A stretch of DNA of 62,311 nucleotides from an uncultured Bacilli bacterium (GTDB taxonomy: Bacteria > Bacillota_I > Bacilli_A > RF39 > UBA660), in contig CAKPEJ010000004.1 of NCBI GenBank assembly GCA_934149325.1, positions 1 through 62,311 of the forward strand, given 5' to 3'. Position 1 is the first letter of the stretch. Each line of letters opens with the position of its first letter. The notes beneath the pieces were generated by a model. That model worked only from the letters and a program-made list of their open reading frames with translations, made no database searches and was not told the origin of the DNA. The position numbers and the translations under genes are program-made. Shown here in pieces: positions 18,308 to 27,572 of this stretch.

Positions 18308-19048
18308 ATGAAAAATAAAAATATTAAAAATCAAATTTGGCTATCAATAGGAGTTACAACTATATTTATTATATTAATTTTATCAGGTATTTTCTTGATT
18401 AAAGCAGATAGTAAAAAAGTAATATTAACTAGTATATATAATACAAGTGATATTTTAAAAAATAAAAATTATGAAAATAAAGTAGAAATTGAAATAAAAA
18501 CAAAAGAAAATCAAACTAGTAAGATAAGTTATAAATCATTAAAATCTAATGATAAATATAAATTAAATATAAAACAATATTCAAATAATAAATTACTTAA
18601 TAGCAGTATAAATTATATAGAAAAAGATATTGATCATTATAATTTTTATTATAAACTAGATAATAATTGGAATAAAATTAGTATTAATGATTTAAATTCA
18701 AAATTAAAATTTAATATTGATTATACAAAATTAGTTAAAAATATAAAAAGTTATAATTATGTTGGTAAAGTTAAAGTGAATAATAAAAAATTATATAAAT
18801 ATAGTGTTAAATTAAAAGAATATGAAGCATATAACTTTTTATATTCATCATCTATAATGAGTAAAAATAATTCAAATAAAAGTACAAAATTATATTTATA
18901 TATAGATAAGAAAAATGGAATTATTTATGCTTTAGAATATCAATTAAAAAATATAAAAGATAAAAATCAAAAATATCAATATAATGTTTTAATAGAGAAT
19001 AATGATATAGATAATACTTTAAAAATAAATATACCAGATATAAAATAA
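18308..19048 (+). CDS. Membrane-anchored hypothetical protein (N/K-rich)
   Basis: N-terminal TM (IWLSIGVTTIFIILILSGIFLI). No motif recognised. Confidence 0.5.
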   Translation: MKNKNIKNQIWLSIGVTTIFIILILSGIFLIKADSKKVILTSIYNTSDILKNKNYENKVEIEIKTKENQTSKISYKSLKSNDKYKLNIKQYSNNKLLNSSINYIEKDIDHYNFYYKLDNNWNKISINDLNSKLKFNIDYTKLVKNIKSYNYVGKVKVNNKKLYKYSVKLKEYEAYNFLYSSSIMSKNNSNKSTKLYLYIDKKNGIIYALEYQLKNIKDKNQKYQYNVLIENNDIDNTLKINIPDIK

Positions 19049-19094
19049 GAATGTTATAATTATAAAAATATAAAAAATGAATGTGGTGAAATTA

Positions 19095-19526
19095 ATGAAG
19101 TTGAAAAGTTTATTTATATGTATACTAGTTTTGTTTATTGTATCTGGATGTAATTTTAATAAATATAATGATTATAAAACTATATCTAAATATGTAAATG
19201 AAAATTATAATGATCTATATAAAATTGCTAAAGAATCTATTAACGGTAATAAAATAGAATATAAAAAAGAAATTAAAAGAATATCAGTTTATAAAGAAGA
19301 TAATACAATAGTTGAATTTTCAATGGGTGGATCTGGTATGGTTCCTTCATCAACATATATAGGATTTTATTATTCAAAAAATGATATTCCAGCTGCCTTT
19401 CAAAATGAAAAGTTTGATTTGAAAGAAATAGAAAAAAATAAATGGGAATGGAAAGAAGATGGAGACAATCATGGAATAACAATTAAAATAAGAGATAATT
19501 GGTATTATTATGAAGCATCATTTTAA
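19095..19526 (+). CDS. Putative lipoprotein
   Basis: MKLKSLFICILVLFIVSGC is a lipobox-type signal. The upstream in-frame ATG at 19077 is an alternative start. Confidence 0.55.
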   Translation: MKLKSLFICILVLFIVSGCNFNKYNDYKTISKYVNENYNDLYKIAKESINGNKIEYKKEIKRISVYKEDNTIVEFSMGGSGMVPSSTYIGFYYSKNDIPAAFQNEKFDLKEIEKNKWEWKEDGDNHGITIKIRDNWYYYEASF

Positions 19527-19658
19527 TAAAAAGTATTTTAAGTAAATATAAATACTTAAATTAAAAAGTTAAAAAAGTTCAAAATGAAATAAAAAAAATA
19601 AACATTTTGGGCACTTTTTTTATTTTAATGCATACATTAAAGTAGAGGAGTGATGAAA

Positions 19659-20189
19659 ATGTCTATGTATAAAGAGATAGTAACCAAGGCAGTAGTTGGT
19701 AAAGGTAAAAAATATTTTAAAAATAAGTATTCTGTAAATACTGAGGTAACACCTAGTACTATATTAGGATGTTGGATAATTAATCATAAGTTTAATGGTT
19801 ATGAAAGAAATGATAACGTTATTGTTGATGGATCATTTGATATAAATATTTGGTATTCAACTGATAATGATACAAAAACAAATGTAATTAATGAAACAAT
19901 AAAATATAGTGAAGAAATAGCTGTTAAATCTAAATTAGATATTGATTTTAATGATACAGAAATAATTGTAAGAGCACTAAAACAACCTAGTTGTGGTAAT
20001 GCTACTATAGATGGAAATACAATAAATTTTGAAATTGAAAAGGAACTTGGTATTGAAGTTGTTGGAGATACAAAAGTAAAAATAATGGTAGAAGAAGATG
20101 AAGATAAATGGGAAGTTTTTGATGATGTTGTAACTAAAGATGTAGAAAAAGAAATAGATGAAAGTGTAAATGAAGACTTTTTAGAGTAG
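19659..20189 (+). CDS. cotE: Spore coat morphogenetic protein CotE homologue
   Basis: YKEIVTKAVVGKGKKY...STILGCWIINHKF...DINIWYS..NDTKT.V..ETIKY...ALKQPSC...EKELGIEVVGDTKV plus an acidic tail is collinear with B. subtilis CotE. CATACATT lies 20 nt upstream. Confidence 0.8.
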   Translation: MSMYKEIVTKAVVGKGKKYFKNKYSVNTEVTPSTILGCWIINHKFNGYERNDNVIVDGSFDINIWYSTDNDTKTNVINETIKYSEEIAVKSKLDIDFNDTEIIVRALKQPSCGNATIDGNTINFEIEKELGIEVVGDTKVKIMVEEDEDKWEVFDDVVTKDVEKEIDESVNEDFLE

Positions 20190-20226
20190 TGTCAACAAAA
20201 AACAGTTGACACTACTGTTTTTTTAT
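20188..20226 (+). terminator. Rho-independent terminator after cotE
   Basis: Overlapping stems AGTGTCAAC / GTTGACACT and AAAAACAGT / ACTGTTTTT, followed by a T-run. Confidence 0.7.
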
Positions 20227-20261
20227 AGTATTATAGTGTTGTACAAAAAGGAGGAAATAAC

Positions 20262-20528
20262 ATGGCTGTAAAGATTAGATTAAAAAGAATGGGAGCTAAA
20301 AAGAAACCTTTTTATAGAGTTGTAGCTGCTGATTCAAGAAGTCCAAGAGATGGAAGATTTATAGAAAATATTGGAACATATAATCCATTAAATGGAGAAA
20401 TCAATATAAAAGAAGAAATAGCAATGAAATGGTTAAATAATGGAGCTATTCCTACTGATACTGCAAAAAATGTATTATCAAAAGCTGGTATTATGACAAA
20501 ATTTCATAATGAAAAAAGAGGTAACTAA
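20262..20528 (+). CDS. rpsP: 30S ribosomal protein S16
   Basis: [35 protein letters not shown]. Confidence 0.95.
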   Translation: MAVKIRLKRMGAKKKPFYRVVAADSRSPRDGRFIENIGTYNPLNGEINIKEEIAMKWLNNGAIPTDTAKNVLSKAGIMTKFHNEKRGN

Positions 20529-20530
20529 TA

Positions 20531-20773
20531 ATGTCTTTATTAGAATTAACTGAAACAATTGTAAAATCATTAGTAAAAGATCCTGATAGTATATCTGCTA
20601 AAGTTTTTGAAGAGGAAGATTTAGTAACTATTGAAGTTATGGTTCCTGATGATGAAGCTGGAAGTGTAATAGGAAAAGAAGGAAGAATTGCTAATGCTAT
20701 AAGAACTGTTGTTCAAGCAAGTTCTTACTTAAAAGATAATAAAAAAGTAAGAATAAATATAAATGTATTTTAA
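20531..20773 (+). CDS. KH-domain RNA-binding protein (YlqC/KhpA-like)
   Basis: GSVIGKEGRIANAIRTVV GxxG KH motif. Its position after rpsP is conserved. Confidence 0.85.
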   Translation: MSLLELTETIVKSLVKDPDSISAKVFEEEDLVTIEVMVPDDEAGSVIGKEGRIANAIRTVVQASSYLKDNKKVRININVF

Positions 20774-20774
20774 A

Positions 20775-20802
20775 ATAGTCATTAAAAAATGACTATTTTT
20801 TT
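20775..20802 (+). terminator. Rho-independent terminator
   Basis: ATAGTCAT / ATGACTAT stem plus a T-run. Confidence 0.7.
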
Positions 20803-20848
20803 ACAAAAGTGTGATAAATTGTCTTAAAAAAAGCTACAAAAGTGTGAT
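20802..20848 (+). repeat. 14-nt perfect direct repeat TACAAAAGTGTGAT x2, 33-nt period
   Basis: Copies at 20802-20815 and 20835-20848, upstream of the 20962 gene. Confidence 0.8.
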
Positions 20849-20961
20849 TTATATTTATTTAAGTAATAATGTTATAAGTTTTTTAATTTTTCTTTAAAAA
20901 TTTGCAATTTTTAATCTTTTATGTTATTATATAGCACGTTTTATAAAAAAGGGGTGTTTTT

Positions 20962-21807
20962 ATGAAATTTAAGAAAGTATTAAATTATTTTATATGGATA
21001 CCATTTGCAGTATCAACAGGTGCATTTGTATTATATTTTAGATATTTGTTTGAAATTAATTTATTTGCAAATACACCAGTAACATCACAAGTTAATGCAA
21101 TTATGGATAGATATTTAAGAATAGGGTTATTTTCTTTATTTGTAGCGTTATTAATACTTTTAGTAAATAAAATATCTAAATTAATATTTAATGATGAAAA
21201 AATTTATTATGAAGAAAATCATCCATGGACTAAAAAAGAAGAAGATGAAAAGGAAGCAGATACAAAAGAAAGTGTTTCTATAGAAGAAAAGAATGATAAA
21301 GATGATTATATTATAAGAGAAGACATACCTGTTAATGACAAAATAAAAGAAGATATTAATAGTAATAAAATATTAAAAGCTAGATTTATTGATAAAAATG
21401 ATGAAAAAATGATAGAAATCTTAACTGATGAAGATGAAGAAATAGAAGTTTTATCACTTGATAATGTTGTTGTTATGCCAGAAGTAAAAAAACAAACTGT
21501 AATTAAAGTTGATAGTTCTAAAGTAAAGATATCTGGATTTAAAAAATGTCCAAAATGTGGTAATTTTATAGTAGATGAGGCTGTAATTTGTGTACATTGT
21601 GGAATATTATTAGATGAATCATTAAAAGGAAAAGTAGATGGTACTAAAAGAATTAAAAAGAAGAAATTTAACCCAGTAATATTTATTGTTAATTTCTTAA
21701 TTATAATTTTATCATTATTTTTAATATTCTTAGTATCAAATAAAATTATTAATCAAAAGACTGAAAATTATAAAAACATAAATGTAGTTGAGCAAAAAAT
21801 AAAATAG
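20962..21807 (+). CDS. Membrane protein with a cytoplasmic zinc ribbon
   Basis: N-terminal TM helices, CPKCGNFIVDEAVICVHCG, and a C-terminal TM. Confidence 0.6.
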   Translation: MKFKKVLNYFIWIPFAVSTGAFVLYFRYLFEINLFANTPVTSQVNAIMDRYLRIGLFSLFVALLILLVNKISKLIFNDEKIYYEENHPWTKKEEDEKEADTKESVSIEEKNDKDDYIIREDIPVNDKIKEDINSNKILKARFIDKNDEKMIEILTDEDEEIEVLSLDNVVVMPEVKKQTVIKVDSSKVKISGFKKCPKCGNFIVDEAVICVHCGILLDESLKGKVDGTKRIKKKKFNPVIFIVNFLIIILSLFLIFLVSNKIINQKTENYKNINVVEQKIK

Positions 21808-21829
21808 GATTTTTAAAAATCCTATTTTT
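21801..21829. terminator. Bidirectional terminator between convergent genes
   Basis: Perfect palindrome AAAATAGGATTTTT / AAAAATCCTATTTT. Confidence 0.7.
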
Positions 21830-22646
21830 CACTTTTTTTAGTTGTTTTTTTAGTAGTTGTTTTCTTTGATTCAGTTTTTTTCTTTTGAGTACTTTTTTTA
21901 GTAGTAGTTTTTTTTGAACTGTTTTTCTTATTAGTTGCTTTTTTCTTTTCATCAACTTTTCTAATTAATATAAGAGGAGTAAGTTCTTTACCTTGTCCGG
22001 ATGGATTATCTTTTATTAATTCTTTTAATTCTTCAGGTGATAATTTTATATCACTAGAATAACCTAATATTTCTTGTCCTAAGTCATTTGCGTCAATTAT
22101 CATACATGATATTCCAAGTTTTTCTTTTATCTCGTTACAAACACCTTCTGGATTTTCAGGAAGTCTTATTCCAATATCACCATATTCATTCCATACATGA
22201 TCATAAAATCCATCAAGTCCGCTAACATCTTGTCCAACTATTTTATAAAATACACCTTTTTTTCCAAATAATTTTGTAATGGCGCTAGCTATACTTGCCC
22301 ATAATACTTTTAAAAGGCCAACAGTATCAATTGCGTATTGCATTTTTATTGTTTCTCCAACACCAACACCAGTAGATGGATGAGATGCGAATTTTGATAA
22401 AAATTTTGCCCAGAATCCAATCTTTATGTCTTTTCTTTCAACAACTCTGTTTTGACATAATGCAATTATTTTTTCACTACTTGAAACAATGTCTCCTTCT
22501 TCATAAATAGGTGAAACATATTCTTTGAATAAATCAATATATGATTCTCCTCTTTTTACAAATCTAGTTTTAATTGCGTGTCTTTTATAAGTAATTCCAT
22601 TTACCTTTATTTCAACCTTTTTTCCTTCATTCATACTAAACTTCAT
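21822..22646 (-). CDS. CofE-like (F420-0:gamma-glutamyl ligase family) protein with a K/T-rich basic tail
   Basis: EEGDIVSSSEKIIALCQNRVV and the overall pattern resemble the CofE fold family. The last 50 aa or so are KKKATNKKNSSKKTTTKKSTQKKKTESKKTTTKKTTKKSEK. The ATG at 22646 follows GGAGGT. Confidence 0.5.
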   Translation of the reverse strand: MKFSMNEGKKVEIKVNGITYKRHAIKTRFVKRGESYIDLFKEYVSPIYEEGDIVSSSEKIIALCQNRVVERKDIKIGFWAKFLSKFASHPSTGVGVGETIKMQYAIDTVGLLKVLWASIASAITKLFGKKGVFYKIVGQDVSGLDGFYDHVWNEYGDIGIRLPENPEGVCNEIKEKLGISCMIIDANDLGQEILGYSSDIKLSPEELKELIKDNPSGQGKELTPLILIRKVDEKKKATNKKNSSKKTTTKKSTQKKKTESKKTTTKKTTKKSEK

Positions 22647-22791
22647 ATTTACCTCCAAAATAATAATCATATTATTATAATTACCACATAAATACATTAT
22701 ACAACAAAAAATATAAAATTTTAAGATTTTTTTCCCAAATGTGGACATAAATAAAATAAAATGTTATATTTATTTTAGGGTGATGATATAC

Positions 22792-23820
22792 ATGAAATAT
22801 TCAACAAAAAGAATGTTAAAAAAAGTTAAAGGTTTAAATTATAAAAAAATGGATGTAATTGTAGATATTATTCATAAAAATACAGGAAAATCTAAATTTT
22901 ATATAAAATTAGATATGATAATGAATTTCTTATCAAGAGGAATAGGGTATACAGATTATTTTAGAGGTGATTATATAAATCTTACAAAAAAAGAAAAAGA
23001 TACATTTGTAGGTGCAAAGTCATTTTATAAAGTAATTCATTATTTAAATAATTATGATTATGTATCTATATTTCATGATAAATTAATTTTTAATAAATAC
23101 TTTAAAGAATATATAAAAAGAGATTTTATTAATTTAAAAATATGTTCTTATGATGAATTTAAAAAATTTATGGAAAGTCATAAAGTGGTATTTGCCAAAG
23201 ATCCAGTTGGTGAATGTGGGCATGGAATAAGTAAAATTGAAACAAAAAAAATAAAAAATTTTAAAGTTACTTATAATGATTTAATAAAAAATAAACAGTA
23301 TTTAGTAGAAGATGAAATTGTTCAAAGCGATGAATTAAATGAAATAAATCCTAATGTTGTTAATTCATATAGAATAGTTACTCTTGTAAAGGATGGAAAG
23401 TCATATGTTATAAATAATGCATTAAGAGTTAATCAAGATGATGCGAGTGTTATTGGATGTACAAATGACATATATTTTAGTTTTAATGAAGAAGGAATTA
23501 TTGATAGTAATGTAATAGATGATTATGGAAATGTATATGATAAACATCCACTTACAGGTAAAAAGTTTAGTGAAGTAAAAGTTAAAGATGTAAAAGAAGC
23601 TTTTGAAATGTGTAAAAAAGCAGCTTTAGAAGTTCAAGAAGTAAGATATGTTGGATGGGATGTAGCGTTTTCTAAAAATGGTCCTGTAATAGTGGAAGGT
23701 AATGAATATCCAGGATACGGTATATTTCAATTTTATAAATTAAAAAATAAAAGAACAGGTCATTTAAAAGATATAGAAGATGTTATAGGACAAGAAGAAA
23801 TAAAAAATATGAAATTATAG
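22792..23820 (+). CDS. ATP-grasp family protein (sugar-transfer-associated ATP-grasp-like)
   Basis: FAKDPVGECGHGI, SYRIVTLV and YVGWDVAFSKNGPVIVEGNEYPGY resemble ATP-grasp ligase motifs. The likely start is the ATG at 22792. Confidence 0.5.
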   Translation: MKYSTKRMLKKVKGLNYKKMDVIVDIIHKNTGKSKFYIKLDMIMNFLSRGIGYTDYFRGDYINLTKKEKDTFVGAKSFYKVIHYLNNYDYVSIFHDKLIFNKYFKEYIKRDFINLKICSYDEFKKFMESHKVVFAKDPVGECGHGISKIETKKIKNFKVTYNDLIKNKQYLVEDEIVQSDELNEINPNVVNSYRIVTLVKDGKSYVINNALRVNQDDASVIGCTNDIYFSFNEEGIIDSNVIDDYGNVYDKHPLTGKKFSEVKVKDVKEAFEMCKKAALEVQEVRYVGWDVAFSKNGPVIVEGNEYPGYGIFQFYKLKNKRTGHLKDIEDVIGQEEIKNMKL

Positions 23821-23855
23821 AATATTTAAGGAAACTTAAGTATTTTTTTTTAGGT

Positions 23856-23894
23856 TTTTAGGGGGTTTTAGGGTATAAATCGCGTATATAATAA
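23856..23894 (+). promoter_or_regulatory. Conserved 39-nt upstream element, copy 2 (upstream of comEA)
   Basis: TTTTAGGGGGTTTTAGGGTATAAATCGCGTATATAATAA. It ends 16 nt before the comEA ATG. Confidence 0.5.
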
Positions 23895-23910
23895 GTGAAG
23901 GAGGATTTTT

Positions 23911-24615
23911 ATGAAAAATAAAATAAAAGAAAATTATAAAAAAATAATTGTAGTAGTTGTAATGTTATTATTTATATTATCATTATTTTTTATTAATTTT
24001 TATAACAACAAACAAAAAGAAAAAGTTAAGGTAAAATCTAAAACTGTGGTAAAAGAAACTATAGAAAAGAAAAATAAAGAAGTAAAAGAAGAAAAAATTA
24101 ATTACTATTACGTAGATATAAAAGGTGCTGTTAAAAATCCTGGTGTCTATAAGATAGAGGAAGGTAAAAGAATAATTGATGCTATTAATGCTTCAGGTGG
24201 TCTTACAGAAAAATCTGATACGAGTATAATTAATTTAAGTAAAAAGTTGCATGATGAAATGTTAATAATTGTTTATACATTTGATGAAATAAAAGAATAT
24301 AAAAATAAAAATTTAGAGATGGAAGAAATAAACAAAAAGATGAGTGAAAAATTGGTATGTCCTGATAAGAGTAATGATTCATGTATAAATAATAACAGTA
24401 AAAATAATGAAGTTTCTAGTAATTCAAAAGTATCAATAAATACAGCTACACTAGATGAATTAATGTCTATAAGTGGAATTGGAGAAAGTAAGGCTAAAGA
24501 AATAATCAAATATAGAGAAGAAAATGGTAACTTTGAAACTATAGATGAAGTAACAAATGTTTCAGGAATAGGTGATGCTCTATTTGAAAAAATTAAAGAT
24601 AGTATTACAGTATAA
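23911..24615 (+). CDS. comEA: Competence protein ComEA (DNA receptor)
   Basis: N-terminal TM, an SLBB-like segment (YVDIKGAVKNPGVYK) and C-terminal tandem helix-hairpin-helix (INTATLDELMSISGIGESKAKEII...VSGIGDALFEKI). Confidence 0.85.
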   Translation: MKNKIKENYKKIIVVVVMLLFILSLFFINFYNNKQKEKVKVKSKTVVKETIEKKNKEVKEEKINYYYVDIKGAVKNPGVYKIEEGKRIIDAINASGGLTEKSDTSIINLSKKLHDEMLIIVYTFDEIKEYKNKNLEMEEINKKMSEKLVCPDKSNDSCINNNSKNNEVSSNSKVSINTATLDELMSISGIGESKAKEIIKYREENGNFETIDEVTNVSGIGDALFEKIKDSITV

Positions 24616-26635
24616 TTATATCTATTATTTAATACTATTTTTTTCGTTATTGTATGTATTTTTGTATATAAGTTTTATAAAACCAAATTCAATATATTTA
24701 GTTAATACAAATAAAGTTACAGGATATATAATTGATAAGAAAATTAATGATGAAAAAATTTCTTTAGTAATAAAGGCAAAAGAAAAAATATTAGTTAATT
24801 ATTATTTTAAAAAAAATGAGAAAATTAATGATTTAAAATATGGAGATTATGTAACTGTCTATGGGACTTCTATTACATTAAAAAATAATACTAATTTTAA
24901 TATGTTTAATTACAAAAAGTACTTATATAGTAAAAAGATATTTTACATAATGGAATGTAATAAAATAGTAAAGATTAAAAATAATACAAATATTATATAC
25001 ATTATAAAAAATAATATTATTTCTAGAATAAATAAATGTATAAAAACAAAAGATTATATAAATGCTTTTGTATTAGGAAATAAAAATGATATAGATTATA
25101 ACAATATTAAAAATTATCAAAATTTAGGAGTAAGTCATTTATTTGCTATTTCAGGAATGCATGTTTCCATTCTTACAGTTTTTTTTCTTATAATATTAAA
25201 AAAGTCAAAATTGAAGAATTTTATGATAAATATATTTTTAATATTATATTTATTTTTAACAGGTTTCACACCATCTATTATAAGATCTAGTCTTTTATTT
25301 ATACTTTGTTCATTTAATGAAAAAATAAATATAAAAAAAGTAAATATCTTGATTTTAATTTTTTCTATATTGTTATTTATAAATCCATTTTATATATATG
25401 ATTTAGCTTTCAAATTTACTTTTATAATAAGTTTTTTCTTAATATTATTTAGTAATTTAATTAATGATAACAAAAAATATATAAATAAATTAATTATTGT
25501 TTCTATAATATCTTTTTTTGCATCATTACCAATAGTTATAAATAATTTTTATCAAGTGAATATTTTGAGTATTTTATTTAACTTAATATATGTTCCTTAT
25601 ATATCAATTATTGTATTTCCATTAGGATTACTAACATTTTTATTTCCATCACTTGATTCAGTGTATTTTTTGTTTATTAATATTTTAGAGTCTTTAACAG
25701 AAATTCTATCAAATATTAATTTAGTTTTATACTTTTCTAAAATACCAATTATTTTTATTATTATTTACTATTACTTATTATATAATTTATTAAAATTTAA
25801 GACTAAAAAGAAAATTTTTATTTTTATATTGTTACTAATTATATTTTATAATTTTAATAGTTATAAATTAAATCCAGAAGTATATTTTATTGATGTTGGA
25901 CAAGGTGATTCTATTCTTTTAAGAATTCATAATAAGAATGTACTTATAGATACAGGTGGTAAATATAGTTTTAATAATAAAAACAATTATGTTATATCAA
26001 ATAATATTTTATTACCACTTTTTAAATCATTAGGTGTAAAAAAAATAAATTATATTATAACATCACATGGTGATTTTGATCATATGGGAGATACCATCAA
26101 TGTTGTTAATAATATAAAGATAGAAAATGTTATATTTAATTGTGGTTCATATAATGATTTAGAAAATGAACTTATTAAAATATTAGATAAAAAGAAAATA
26201 AAATATTATTCATGTATTAAGGAATTAAATATAGATGAGTATAAACTAGAGTTTTTAAATACAAAAGAATATGATAATGAAAATGATAATTCAAATGTTA
26301 TATATATAAAACTAAACAATTATAAATTTTTATTTATGGGAGATGCTGGAGTAGATAAAGAAAAAGATATTTTAGATAAGTATAATTTAGAAAATATTGA
26401 TGTATTGAAAGTAGGACATCATGGTTCTAAAACAAGTAGTAGTAAAGAATTTATTAACGAAATAAAATCTAAATATTCAGTAATTAGTGTTGGAAAGAAT
26501 AATCGTTATGGTCATCCAAATAAAGAAGTGTTAAATAATTTAGATAATTCTAAGATATATAGAACAGATCAAGATGGGAGTATTATGTTTAAAATTGAGA
26601 ATAATAGATTAAAAATAAAAACATGTAGTCCGTAG
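24575..26635 (+). CDS. comEC: DNA internalisation channel ComEC/Rec2 with a metallo-beta-lactamase domain
   Basis: Competence domain GVSHLFAISGMHVSIL, many TM helices, and an MBL domain VYFIDVGQGDSILL...HGDFDHMG...GHHGS. The exact start is uncertain because the 5' end overlaps comEA. Confidence 0.85.
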   Translation: MLYLKKLKIVLQYNYIYYLILFFSLLYVFLYISFIKPNSIYLVNTNKVTGYIIDKKINDEKISLVIKAKEKILVNYYFKKNEKINDLKYGDYVTVYGTSITLKNNTNFNMFNYKKYLYSKKIFYIMECNKIVKIKNNTNIIYIIKNNIISRINKCIKTKDYINAFVLGNKNDIDYNNIKNYQNLGVSHLFAISGMHVSILTVFFLIILKKSKLKNFMINIFLILYLFLTGFTPSIIRSSLLFILCSFNEKINIKKVNILILIFSILLFINPFYIYDLAFKFTFIISFFLILFSNLINDNKKYINKLIIVSIISFFASLPIVINNFYQVNILSILFNLIYVPYISIIVFPLGLLTFLFPSLDSVYFLFINILESLTEILSNINLVLYFSKIPIIFIIIYYYLLYNLLKFKTKKKIFIFILLLIIFYNFNSYKLNPEVYFIDVGQGDSILLRIHNKNVLIDTGGKYSFNNKNNYVISNNILLPLFKSLGVKKINYIITSHGDFDHMGDTINVVNNIKIENVIFNCGSYNDLENELIKILDKKKIKYYSCIKELNIDEYKLEFLNTKEYDNENDNSNVIYIKLNNYKFLFMGDAGVDKEKDILDKYNLENIDVLKVGHHGSKTSSSKEFINEIKSKYSVISVGKNNRYGHPNKEVLNNLDNSKIYRTDQDGSIMFKIENNRLKIKTCSP

Positions 26636-26647
26636 AGAGGAGTAGAT

Positions 26648-27538
26648 ATGAATTATTATAATGAAATAAAAAATAAAATAATAGATAATGAAGTATATTC
26701 GAAAGTAAGAGATTATTCAAAAGAAAGACATAGGGTTATTACGTATTTTGAAATTGGAAAGTTATTAGATGAAGCAGGTAGTAAATATGGAGATAATATC
26801 TTAAATGATTATTCAAATAGATTGGTTGTTGAGTTTGGAAAAAAATATAATGAAAGAACATTAAGACGTATTAGACAATATTATAGAATGTTTAAAGATG
26901 AAAAATGGTCGCCACTGGCGACCAAATTATCTTGGAGTCATTATTCTGAATTATTATCTATTAAAGATGAAAATGAATTGTTATATTATGTTAACATTAC
27001 TTTTGAAAGAAATTTATCAAAAAGAGAATTAAGGGAAAAAATTAAAAATAAAGAATATGAAAGATTACCCATTGAAACTAAAAATAAGCTAATACTTAAT
27101 AATGAGATTGAAATAAAAGATTTAGTACCTAATCCTATATTAATTAGGAATAAGAACAATATAGAAATAGCTACTGAAAAAGCATTACATAATTTGATTT
27201 TAGAAGATATTGAATCATTTATGAAAGAACTTGGTAATTCATTTAGTTTCATAGGTGGTGAATATAAGCTTAAGATAGGTGATAGAAATCATTATATTGA
27301 TTTGTTGTTATTTAATATAAAATATAACTGTTATGTAGTTGTTGAATTGAAGGTAACTGAATTTAAAGTAGAATATATATCACAAGTTCAAAAATATATG
27401 AATTATATAGACAAGAACGTAAAAGAAATAAGTAACAATAATACCATTGGAATATTAATTTGTAAAAAGGAGAATAAATTTGTTATAGAATATTGTTCAG
27501 ATGAAAGAATTGCTGTTAGAGAATATGTATTAGCGTGA
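26648..27538 (+). CDS. DUF1016/YhcG-family PD-(D/E)xK nuclease-like protein
   Basis: N-terminal YhcG-like helical region and a C-terminal IDLLLFNIKYNCYVVVELK nuclease-type motif. Confidence 0.65.
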   Translation: MNYYNEIKNKIIDNEVYSKVRDYSKERHRVITYFEIGKLLDEAGSKYGDNILNDYSNRLVVEFGKKYNERTLRRIRQYYRMFKDEKWSPLATKLSWSHYSELLSIKDENELLYYVNITFERNLSKRELREKIKNKEYERLPIETKNKLILNNEIEIKDLVPNPILIRNKNNIEIATEKALHNLILEDIESFMKELGNSFSFIGGEYKLKIGDRNHYIDLLLFNIKYNCYVVVELKVTEFKVEYISQVQKYMNYIDKNVKEISNNNTIGILICKKENKFVIEYCSDERIAVREYVLA

Positions 27539-27572
27539 TATAACGGGTATGAATATAGAGGAGAATGATAAA

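Noticed and set aside
21749-21955. 68-aa K-rich minus-strand ORF
   Set aside because: It is an alternative frame of the low-complexity K/T tail region of the CofE-like gene and crosses the bidirectional terminator.
24572-24615. 44-nt overlap between comEA and the annotated comEC ORF start
   Set aside because: It is probably an artefact of taking the longest ORF. The true comEC start may be a downstream non-ATG codon. I see no evidence for programmed frameshifting or fusion.
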